Source: Eledone cirrhosa (Eukaryota). From it: a stretch of 64,000 bases of DNA. The stretch spans positions 280,612,001-280,676,000 of the forward strand of contig OZ024741.1 in NCBI GenBank assembly GCA_964016885.1, read 5' to 3'. Of the stretch, positions 37,863 through 50,100 are shown piece by piece. Made by a program: the position numbers and the translations under genes. The notes under the pieces were generated by a model. The model was not told the DNA's origin. It did no database searches and saw only the letters and a program-made list of their open reading frames with translations. The number at the start of each line of letters is the position of its first letter. Position 1 is the stretch's first letter.

Positions 37863-39116
37863 TACAAGGGGGTCAACTGAAAGGTTGATAGGCTAAGATA
37901 CTCCCATGCAAGATGACCAAGTGATATTTATGTTTCAACATAGTCGCCCATGTGATCCACATATTTCTTCCATCGGAGTTGCACTGCTTGGTTCCTATTG
38001 ATGAAGAAGCTTTCATCCTGTTAGTAAAAAAAGTCATCAACAGTAGATATAACATCATCATCATTGTGATACTGTTTCCGAGCCAAGTGCTTTTTCAAGT
38101 TGGCGAACAGATGATAGTCAGATGGGGCCAAATCAGGAGAATAGAAAGGGTGATTAACCAGTTTAAAGCCACAGTCATGCACAACAGCCATTGAAACAAA
38201 AGACTTATGTGCTGGAGTATTGTCCTGATGAAACAAAACTGCTTTCAACAGTTTTCCTGGGTGTTTACTCTTGATAGCCTTTCATAACTGCCTCAGCAAG
38301 ATGTCATAGTACTCTCCATTGATGGTGTGACCCTTTTGAAGATAGTCAATAAACACAATGCCTTTTGCATCACAAAAAACTAAGGCTATCACCTTCCCTG
38401 CAAATGAAACAACCTTAGCCTTCTTTGGAGCAGGTGAGGAGGGGTGTTTTTCCACTGCATAGATTGTCTCTTTGTTTCTGGCTTAAAGTGATGAACCTAA
38501 CACTCATCCTGGGTTAAAAACGTTAAAGGAAACCAACTGGATCTGCCTCAAACAATGTCAGATTTTTCTGTGATGTGATCAGGTGTCAGAAGATATGGCA
38601 TCCACTGAGCAGAAACCTTCATCATGCCAAGTTCATTGTGCAGAATATTCTCAACTCTCTCATGGGATATGCTAATAGCATTGGCTATTTGATTTATAGT
38701 CAACCACCTGTCATTTATCACCATGGTGATGACAGTTGCAGGACATCCAGACCTTGGGTCATCTTCAAGATTCTCCCTTCTCCTTGTAAATTCAGCTGCC
38801 CACTTTTGCACTGTTGATAAAGTTGGAGTGTCATCTGCTAATATAGCATCCATGTCAGCATAAATGTCCTTGGGTGCTAAACTTTTTTTCTACAGGTACT
38901 TGATAACATCACGATGCCAAATCTTGTCCATTTTCAAGAGAAATCACTACTAATTACTTTTGAAGTCTTGTTCGAATAGTCAGATGTCAGTTTACTTGGA
39001 AAGAAACAATGCAGATATTTATAAGTAAAGTTGAAGTTAATGTGTGCTTCAAGATTTCACAGCTCTAGCAACACTCCTTCTTAGTCAGCTCATGGAGTTT
39101 TCAGCCAAGCCTTGTA
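37863..39116 (-). mobile_element. Full-length decayed mariner transposon (~1.25 kb)
   Basis: DDPRSGCP, WMPYLL, LFHQDNTPAH, HPFYSPDLAPSDYHLF; degenerate TACAAGG..CTGAAA TIRs with TA ends; a terminal fragment of the same family at ~52590-52712. Confidence 0.9.
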
Positions 39117-39584
39117 TTGTGTTAATTCCAAGGTTGAGCCAATTAATAAGCTATATTGGCCATTTTGCCAATTAATCAGTCTTGTTTTTTAACGGATTGG
39201 TAATATCATTAGAGTGTCTGACAGCATTCTTTGTGACAATTGTGATCGACCATATGGTGGATGGGTAACGTCTGGTGGTGTGGGGGAAATCATGAGCCGT
39301 ACAACAAAAAAATTGGGAGAACCCTGAAGAAAAATGTGTTGCACAGCATTTCAGGCTGTTTGATGGCTAGCAGTCGGCTTGAGTGGTATTGGAAGAACAC
39401 CCGATGTTGAGAAAGAGTGGTTTTTGATTTAGAAACATGACAAACTTGGGGCGGGGGGTCGATTAAATCGTCTCAAGTGCGTTACTGGTACTTTATATTA
39501 TCGACCTCTGTAAGGATGAAAGGCAAAGCTAACCTCGACGGGATTTGTACACAGAACGCAAAGGAACATAGTTATGGTTCATAA

Positions 39585-41282
39585 CGTGGCGGGTATTTCC
39601 TTTTGCGCCAGCTTTCTTTCTTCTTTCAATACTGTCTCAACAATGGTGCTACTCCGGAGCAGTGGAAAACTGCCAGTGTCATTCTCCTGTTCAAAAAGGG
39701 CAACCGCATGTCACCTGTCAACTATCGTCCAGTCAGTCTTACTAGCTGTATGGCCAAACTGATGGAATCCTGTGTCAGAGAAACACTTTGAAACTTCTGG
39801 AGCTCTCACAGCCTCATCCGGCCCTCACAGTTTGGATTTATCCCTAACTCCAGCTGCTGTGATCAGCTTATCGAGTTCCTTGAAGACATCACCCGGATCA
39901 CTGACAGTGGCTCATGGGTGGATGTTGTTTACCTTGACTTTGCTAAGGCTTTTAATTCTGTGCCACACAAAAGACTTATGGCAAAACTCTCTGCAATGGG
40001 TGTGAGGGATGATCTTTTCGACTGGTTGAAATCCTTCATTCTCAGCCGAAAAGAAGTAGTCACGGTTCTAGGACAGCATTCTTCACCATATGAGATGTCA
40101 TCTGGTGTACCACAGGGATCTGTTCTTGGTCCCCTTTTGTTTGTGGCATATATTAATGACATAGATGCCAACTTACAGAATGCCACGGTACTGAAATATG
40201 CAGATGACATCAAGCTGTACCTTGAAATCAAAAGGACTGATCCTGAAATTTACAACTCTTTCCTACAATCAGACCTGGACACAATGCAGCAATGGATCAC
40301 AGACTGGTAACTGAAGCTGGCTGTGGACAAGTGTACCACCATGCATTTTGGAAGGAAAAATCCAGCGTCCACATACTCCCTCCACAACACTGATATCAAG
40401 AAGTCCTCTTGTGAACGTGACCTGGGCATTACTGTCAGCAGCGATTTGCGTTGGACAAAGCATGTCTCTAAGATTGTCAAGAAGGCCAAGGGTGTCTTGG
40501 CATCACTCAGCAAGACCTTTGTTAGCCGCTCTCCAGCCATCTATTTAAAACTGTATACAGCTATGGTACGACCACACTTGGAATTCGCATCATCAGTCTG
40601 GAACCCCTATCTTGCTCAGAACATTGACCCCCTGGAAACTGTTCAGAGACATGCAACCAAGCGCATACCCTCCATCAGACACCTACCATACTCTGAACGC
40701 CTTGCTTCCCTGGGCATGGATTCATTTAAGCTCCGACGTCTGGCAATGGACTTGGTGAATACCCACAAAGTTATTAACCATCTCGCCAATTGCAACCCTG
40801 AGCATCTTTTTGATCTCCATGTGTCTAACACACGTGGACATGCCTACAAAGTCAGAAAACAGCACAGCTCCCATGACTTTCGTAGACATTTTTTCACGCT
40901 CAGAGTTGCTGAAGCATGGAACAAACTGCCTGCGTCAGTTGTTAGCTGCCGAGACACTGCATCCTTTAAGACACTCATGCTTCCCGAAATACGCCAAAAC
41001 TACACCTGATGTACCCCTTCCATACACATGCACACGTGTGTATCATGACTCGTGCACTGTTCATTTTACTGATGTTTGTGCATTGCCGTATGTACTGTAC
41101 ATGCACTTTTTGATGAGTTGTGGTGCACCTGGGCACTGTACACAATATTTCATTATTATTATTGTTGTTATTATATCATGACTCATACACTGTTCATTTT
41201 CCTGACATTTGTACATTATTCTATGTACTATACATGCACCTTTGATGAGTTGTAGTGCACCTGAGCACTGTACACAATAATT

Positions 41283-41313
<31 letters not shown>
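39585..41313 (+). mobile_element. CR1/L2-group LINE, 5'-truncated RT fragment with doubled 3' end and (ATT)n tail
   Basis: One reading frame 39603-41009 broken by only two stops; motifs NYRPVSLT, YLDFAKAF, GVPQGSVLGP, YADD, VRPHLEFA, TRGH. Confidence 0.92.
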
Positions 41314-41318
<5 letters not shown>

Positions 41319-42101
41319 ATGCCGCAAAGCTTGTCCGATCGCTGCTATCAGCATACACTGAAAGGAGATGCGAGTTCGAGGAAGAGGTGAAAAGACAGGT
41401 TAAGGAAGGAGGAGGTAAAGAGCGGTGTGCCACCACTAATAGAAGTACTGCAGCCAAAGTAAAACAGGTGAGACAAGTACTGGACTTTCGAGAGTTGAAC
41501 GACCACGTATCGTGTCACACGGATGTGTGTGTGATTCATCATCATCATCGTTGTTGATGTTTTAAAGGCCATACTCATTCCAAAGTATCAAAAACAAAAG
41601 GAAAATCATAAATATCACCTCAAAAGCGAGATGGGTGTAATTATAAACAAAACGCCAAAATTGATACACCAGCTCACATACCCTGTTAACATTTTTAAAT
41701 GATTCGTTTCTGTTAGTTTTAGAGGTTAAATACGTTCGAATCACACTAAAACCCATATGAAAAACAATTTTCATTTCAAACGCGAAATGAATGTAATTGT
41801 AAAAATTTACCAGTGAAGGAAAAAGATATTAAATATGAATCGACTCTGGTACTGGACTTGTACTTTTATTTTATCGAACTCAAAAGGGTGAAAGGCGAAG
41901 TTAACTTCCGGAAGAAATGAACTCAGTGCGCAGAGAGACGGGACGAATACGGCATGGTATTCTATCCGACATTCTAGTGACCCTGTCAGCTTCAAATCCA
42001 TAAACATTTGTTTATTTATGTTTCTCTAAGTAAAACCAGACGATATATATCATCGGCATAGTGTCACAAACAAAGAGTTTCTACTTTTGGAACAAGACCA
42101 G

Positions 42102-43215
42102 TTTGTTTGTGGCATATATTAATGACATAGATGCCAACTTAAGGAATGCCACAGTACTAAAGTACGCAGACGACATCAAGCTGTACCTTGAGATAAAAAG
42201 GACAGATCCTGAACACTATAGATCTTGCTTGCAGTCTGACCTGGACACAATGCAATAATGGATCTCAGACTGGCAACTCAAGCTAGCTGTGGACAAGTAC
42301 ACCACCATGCATTTTGGGAGTAAAAACTCAGCGTCCATATACTCCCTCCACAGCACTAATATCAAGAAGTCTTCCCGTGAACGTGACCTGGGCATTACGG
42401 TCAGCAGCGATTTGCATTGGACGAGGCACGTCTCTAAAATTGTCAAGAGGGCCGAGGGTGTCTTAGCATCACTCAGCAAGACCTTTGTCAGCCGCTCTCC
42501 AGATCTCTATTTAAGGCTGTATACAGCTATGGTGCGACCACACTTAGAATTTGCATCACCAGTCTGGAACCCCTATCTTGCTCAGAACATTGACCGCCTG
42601 GAAACTGTTCAGAGACGTGCAACCAAGCGAATACCCTCCATCAGGCATCTACCATACTCTGAACGCCTTGCCTCCCTGGGCATGGATTCAATGAAGCTCC
42701 GACGCCTGGCAACTGACTTGGTAAACACCCACAAAATTGTTAACCATGTTGCCAACAACAACCCTGAGTACCTTTTTGATTTCCATGTGTCTAACACACG
42801 TGGACATACCCACAAAGTAAGAAAACAGCACAGTTCCTATGACTTTCGGAAACATTTTTTCACGCTCAGAGTTGCTGAAGCATGGAACAATCTACCTGCA
42901 TCAGTTGTTAGCTGTCGAGACACTGCATCCTTTAAGGCCTCCATGCTTCCCGAGATCCGCCAACACTACAGCTAACACATACACACATGTACTTCCCTGA
43001 CAATTGTGTATTATTCTATGTACTATACATACACCTTTGACGAGTTGTAGTGCACCTGAGCACTTTACACAATAATTTCATTATTATGTGTATATCATGA
43101 CTCATGCACTGTTCATTTTCCTGATGTTTGTATATTACCCTATGTACTATACATACACTTTTTGATGAGTTGTAGTGCACCTGAGCACTGTACACAATAT
43201 TTCATTATTATTATT
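42102..43215 (+). mobile_element. CR1/L2-group LINE, second 5'-truncated copy, inserted inside a SINE
   Basis: YADD through C-terminus highly similar to the 40 kb copy, with one in-frame stop; flanked by two halves of a minus-strand SINE. Confidence 0.92.
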
Positions 43216-44118
43216 TATTACTCTAGTGCATTACTGGTACTTTATTTTATCGACCTCGTAAGGTTGAAAGGCAAAGTTAACCTCGGCGGATTTGAACGAA
43301 AAGGGCCATAAGAGTCTGACGCTCTACCGATACTGCCGCTAAACAATTAATTAATAGAGCCTGCCAGATTCAACCGCGATGTCGGTCGTAATAAACTTTC
43401 CCCTGTTTGAGGAGAGTAAATAACCGTTTTAAATGTTAGTGTTTATATATAATATGTGTATGTGTGTGTGTACGAGTGGTTGAGTATGTATATGTGTGAC
43501 ATACGAACGAGTATCCTCCAACTAACTGACCCTTCGCCTCATGGTGCCTGCCGACAGGATGAGAATACATTGTCCCGGAGGACGGCGCTAGAACAGCCAC
43601 TCCACCTGTTGGCAGCTAACTCCTCTCCGATAGGTAAATAACTAATTTGGGACAGCACATACCTTGATACGTTCTCCAGTTTCAACTTTATCGTCACAAA
43701 CCGGTTGCTGCCGAGACATCTGGTGTGCTCGGTCCTAGGACTGCCGTTTTCCTCCGCCAAATTCGGAGGAAGGGTCCCATGAAGTGGAATGGCTGATACG
43801 GTGGATGTTACTGGCTGTTCTCCCACGGCAATGCTTTCACCATCTTATCTGCAAGGTAGTGATATACCGCCCTACCAATAGCGTAAAGTTTGTTTCTCCT
43901 TCCTTTTTTTTCATTATTTACTTTTTTTTCTTTCTTCCTGTCTATTACGCGAAATATGTTTATATAAATAAAATTTGTTTCTATCGCATGTTTCATAGGG
44001 AGAATATTATTAATATTATAAATATTAATTTCTTTCAGTGTGCGTTTGTATTTAAGATTATTTCGTTTCGTTTCGTTTCAAAATTTTCAGAGTCTAATTT
44101 TTGATAATACAGCGTTGC

Positions 44119-44132
44119 GTATCCATGACAAC
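44119..44132 (+). promoter_or_regulatory. RFX X-box in DNAL1 promoter/5'UTR
   Basis: GTATCC-AT-GACAAC fits the ciliary-gene X-box consensus GTHNYY-AT-RRNAAC exactly and lies just upstream of the ATG of a motile-cilium gene. Confidence 0.8.
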
Positions 44133-44154
44133 GAGTAAATAACGTTCATCAACT

Positions 44155-44157
44155 ATG
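44155..44157 (+). CDS. DNAL1: DNAL1 initiator ATG (coding end of first exon)
   Basis: aact-ATG|gtacgt, phase 0, 23 nt downstream of an X-box; supplies the Met missing before the ASKPTS exon. Confidence 0.7.
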
Positions 44158-47100
44158 GTACGTTTGTTAAATCTACGAATTGTTGTTGTTTTTAATATTT
44201 TTATTTTAAAATTAGGTATGACATTCAGGTTTATTGAGAATGGGTGAAATGTGTTGGAATGTCAAAGATGTGTTTCCAAAAGAACCTTAGGCTGGAGTGA
44301 GTCAAGCACCACCGATTGTGTATCGAAACACTATCGTGGCCTGTTCTCCAAATACCAACTACGATATGTGAAGATCTACAGTTTTCTAGTGGACCAGTAC
44401 CGTCTCTGATGACGGCAATAGCGTTGAATTTAGTTACCTTTTGGAGTCCATGACTGGTATTCTATATATATCGAGATTACTGGATATGTGAATAATCATA
44501 TAAACTGATAAATTTGCGTTTTTGGTCAATTTGTGGTTTGTATAAGAGAAACCTTATAGTTTATGTTGATTACTGACACGTGGAAGTGATTAAAGATAAA
44601 ATGATATTTTAATTATTTATTTATTAGGATATAATAACATAAATATTCTGCTTATATATACATACGACATACAAGATTACATGCATGAGTAACTTTGAAG
44701 AAATAACGATTTACAGGGACAAATATATGATTAGAACCCAGGACTTTGTGATTGGAAAGCGATTTTATTGTAGCAATATGACTGATATAGGAAATGCATT
44801 GTGTGTATGTTGAGTAAAAGTAAAGGGCTCTTATCCCCAAATAGAGTCGTAAGGGTACCGTCATGCCACTTGATGTCTTGGACATTCTAAATGTAGCAGA
44901 GCCCATCCCTCTTTAGGCCGGAACTCTCAGAGACGATTTTCTCCAGAGGAAGAATCAACTCTAGTACTGAACTGATACTTTATTTGTCAACCTCGGAAGG
45001 ATTAAAGGCAAAGTTGACTTCAGCGTGATTTGAACTCAGATCATAGTGACTCATTTTTAATCAGACACCCTAACTACTGTACCAATTCACTCCCTTTGTA
45101 CCTATGTTCGAATTCTTACTGTATTCCTGGTTGCTACACCCAAATGCTAAGAAGGATAAAAAAACATCAAACCTCTCAACCGTTACAAACAAAATTCTCT
45201 ATGACAACCTCCTGCCCATTAGCCATACCATCCATATCAAGCATCTTCAACTTGCAGGTCATGTAATGAAAGGCAACAAACCTGCTATAAAACTTTTATT
45301 AAATGTGAAACGAAAACGCAGAAGACCTCTCAAGACACTAAAAAGAGTCAAGGAAGATACAGAATTATTGGGTGAAGAACTGAAGCAGTTAATGGTGGAT
45401 TTTGTGAGATGGAAAAGTTTTATCATGTCACCAAAAAGATAGTAGTGGTAGTAGTAGTAGTAGTAGTAGAATTCAACATTATCATAGTTCTCTGAGCCAA
45501 ATTCTACCGAAATTGAATTTGCTCTTCTTCTTTCTGGGACTAATTAAAATAAGTACCAGTCCTGTTTTAGGGATCAATTCAATCCACTATATCTATATTT
45601 TACAAAAAGAAGGTTTTGTCCCACTCTGAAATTAATATTTTTTCTGGCCCTTTGCAACCTGAGGTCAAATTTGTTTCTCATCCTGCTGAGACAGGGGGTC
45701 AATAGAATAAAGTACCAGTCATGAGCAGGAATAGATTTAATAATCTTTCCCTTCATCCCAAAATTGCTGGCCTTGTGCCTAAATTTGAAATCATCATCAC
45801 CCTTATTACCTTGAAAGTTGGCAGAGTTATTAGAGTGTCAGAATAAATTTTCACTATTTGTTCCATCTCTTTACATTCTGAATTCAGATCCCGCCAAGTT
45901 CAGCTTTACCTTTCATCCTTTCAAAGTCGATAAAATAAAGTACCAGTCATGTACTGAGGTTGATATAATTGACTTGCTGGCCTTGTGCCTAAATTAGAAA
46001 CCATTGTTACCTAGAAAGCATGAAAGCAGGAAGATGCCAGAGTGACAGAAATGGGAAAACTTGTAAATATCTTTAGTATACCATCCTAAGTTTTCAGTTC
46101 CAGTTTTACTTGGATCAACATGATATGATAGTCCTATGTGAGGGTAGGTAGAAAGGTGAATAAACTGGATACCAGTTATATATTGGACAGTTCTGTTCAA
46201 TACATTCCTCTCATAAAAATATTAACATCATGTCTACTGAAAAGAAATGATTATAAATACATCTTTCAATAAAACAGGCATCCAAACCAACATCAATACG
46301 AGAAGCAATTGCTAGATGGGTAAGTACATTTATATTTTTAATACAGTCAATAACTTCTTAATTCTGAAGCTAGCCCAATGATCTTACCCTTTGTGTTTGA
46401 GTTGGAGGTAGATATCTCATGGGATGCCACTGTTTCAGTGGAAGTGGGGGTCACTACATCCATAGCCAAATGGAATAAATTACCGAAATACTGTGATTTA
46501 TTGTTAAACTACATTTCCCAGCCTGTCACACGTTGTGTGGGTACTTGGTTATTCCTACATGTTAGTCTTGCTATCATCCACAGCAATACCATGAGTATCT
46601 TGATGTGCCTAAACATTTTTTAAAGGGAAAGGCCAATATTCTGTGTTGTAATGTGGAATTAAGTTATACATGACATCTTAAAGTGGAAACACCAACATTC
46701 TCTGGTGTAATGTGGAATTAAATTGTACATGTCATCTTAGTGGAAACACCAACATTCTCTGGTGTAATGTGGAATTAAGTTGTACATGTCATCTTAGTGG
46801 AAACACCAACATTCTCTGGTGTAATGTGGAATTAAGTTGTACATGTCATCTTAGTGGAAACACCAACATTCTCTGGTGTAATGTGGAATTAAGTTGTACA
46901 TGTCATCTTAGTGGAAACACCAACATTATCTCTTGTAGTGTGGAATTAAGTTGTACATGTCATCTTATTCAACATATCTATTTACTTTTGAAAACTATAT
47001 TCTTAATAAATGAACATCTTTTAAATCTCACTGTAAATAGGGTTGGTGTTAGGAAGGGCATCCAGTTGTAGAAACCAAGCCAATATAAGTCCTGTATAAG

Positions 47101-50100
47101 CAAGACATGGTCACCTGACCTAACATTACCCACAACAGGACAACTCGTCTAACCCATACGAGTGTGGAAAAATGGATGTAAAACGGTGATGATGATGATA
47201 ATGATGACAATTATAGATACATGACTAATAAGTGTAAAAGTATTTGCACATACATCTATACATTAGCATACACACACTAGTGTGGTTGCCACAATAAAAT
47301 GCATCTGGTGCACTCTGAGAAATATTGACTTTGTCTGTGACAACCTATCCAACCCTTGCTAGCAGGGAAAACAAACATTAAATGATGTTGTTGATAGGGG
47401 TGGTGATGATAATGAGGAGGAGAAGGATAATGACAAGGCATACATAGGCTTGTAAAGAGGAATTCAATAGAGGAAATTAGCTATACAATGTTGATAACAA
47501 CTAAACCTTCTATTCCTTACAAAATAATTGAGTTTTGATTTCTGTGTTTATTTCAGGAGAAAGAAAATGAAGGTCTGAAAGCAGTGGAAGCCAAAGTTTT
47601 AAATTTTTCATTCCAAGTTCCATTCATTGAGAAAATCGACCCAACAGTAACAACATTAGCTGCCTGCGAGTGAGTTTCTTTCCCTTAGAGCAGAGGTTCT
47701 CAAACTTTTGGGGTCACCACACCCCTCACGGCCACACAATACTCTCAGCCCCCCCCCCCCCCACACACACACTAGTTTGCCTACATGCACATTTTTTAAA
47801 TAATATATAATAAATAAAATTGTTAATTTATATATAATAAACAATATATACTATGTATAAATTGATATGTATTTTTTTATTTTACTATATTTATAAATAA
47901 TATGCATCATTTGATATTTAATATATACTATATCATCTCTACTGACCCCACCACCACCACCACTTAGGCCCCAGCGTCCCCCTGGACCCTCTTTAAGAAC
48001 CTCTGCCTTAGAGTATTTCCTAGTGTCTCTAACATTATCACCGCTACTGTCATTGCCATCATCATCATCAGAAACATCACTGCTACTGTCATCATTGTCA
48101 CCATCATCATCATCAATACCACCACCATCAACAGCAGCCACATTACTACTACTGTTTTTATCACCATAATCAGCAACACCACCACCATCAGCATCAACAA
48201 TATCACTGCTACTGTCATCATCAACATCACAGCCACCATCATCATCATCGTTATCATCATTGCTAATGCCGTCATCAACAATATCATTATGTTTTTCCTT
48301 CCTCCTTTTTTGTATTCTTGTATGAAGAATGTCTTGAAATTGAGATACACCTAAAAATAAACTCTCAGTAAATCAAATTAGGTTTAATTTTAACATGAAA
48401 CTACATTAGCAAGATATTTTTGAAAAATACAAAATAATACTAACTATGACTGCATTACATTAAAGATTAAAGTATTTACACTAACACGGTAGATTTTCAC
48501 AATGATCTGTCAACTAGTAAAGATACTATAAATATTTGAATTAACAAACTATTAGCAAGGCGTTTTTGAAAAGTACAAAATAACACTGACTGCATCACAT
48601 TAAAAATTCAAGTCTTTTACTCAAAATTTCACAATGATCCGTCCGTGAATAAAGATACTATAAAGATTTAAATTAACAGGCCTTGCTTTTAGATATTTTC
48701 TGCTCAGTCATTACAGGATGTTAAGAGTTAATATATAGCTTGTTTCGGGAGTGAATGTTGGGAAGGAGATAGAATCCATCCACTTCAACTATTGAAGCAA
48801 CTGCAGATTCTGGATTATGAATAACTAGTGATGGGTTTAAGTAGTAAACTGGCAGAGTTGTTGTAACATCAGATAGAATGCTTTACAGTATTCATTCTGA
48901 CTCTCTGTACTGTGAGTTCAAATCCTGCCAAGGTCATCTTTGCCATTTCAAAGTTGATTAAAAAAATTCCAGTCCAGTACTATATATCTCTCTCTAGAAG
49001 AAATTGGTTACGTTCAAACCAGGTTTTAAATTACCAAGGCATGCTGTATGCCACTACAGTGCTGCAACAGTTCCACAAGGAGTCATGGATCCATCCAACC
49101 ATACATACATATATACATACACATACATACACACACACAGACATACACACACACACACACAAATATACATACACACATACATACATACCTACATAGGCTC
49201 AAGACCTATTTCCTCCTTTACAAGATACCTTAATGAGTTAACTCCCCATGTTCTGCCAAGAGGTCATGACATACAACAACATAAGTATTACTAATTAAAA
49301 GGCCTTTAACTCTTGGTGGAGTCGTAGGGTCGCCGTCCTGATACACAGCATGCCTTGAGCATTTTAAACCTAGCAGAGGAGGGGTGGGGGATTTGTATTT
49401 AAAATATTCAAGTTATAAGAGCTGAAAATGTACATAAGGTGAATTATCTTTTATTTTCTTATAGGCATTTATCATTGTCTACAAATAATATAGAAAAGAT
49501 TGCCAACTTGAATGGTCTTAGTAAGTATGTTTTATGTAATCTAAGAGACAGTATTTTATACAAGCCACATGTTTAGGAAACAGAGTCAATAGGACACTGT
49601 GTGTGATAAGCAGACTGTTCTTTTTGAATTACAAGTACAAACCATCTAACAGGCTTCCATACTGTTTCCATTTACATAATTTCACTTGGGTGAACTTGAA
49701 GCTGTGTGTGTGTGTGTATACATGTTTGTATTTACATTTGTATTTGTGTTTATATACCATTACTTAGTCATTGGTCAAAAAGAGATCAATAAAAAAAAAA
49801 GACTTGGAATAACTTAATGCTATGGTATATCACTCCTATCCAAAATATCATGCAGTAAACTCCTTATGATTGCAAATTGAACTTCTTACAATATTTGGCA
49901 ATGATTGGTACACACATATATACATATAATATTATAGTATATATATTTGTATATAAATATATATAACATATCTATATATAAATTTTTGCAATTCTGTCAC
50001 AACACATAAAGAGACAGGAGTAGTTTGACTACCTCATACTACTCTCTCTTTACGTCTGTTGCCTGTGTGAATGTATGTGTGTAAAAGGAAAGAAGGGGAT

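Noticed and set aside
46712-47071. 119-aa Cys-rich repeat ORF
   Set aside because: Artefact of a 57-bp unit (a multiple of 3) within a DNAL1 intron
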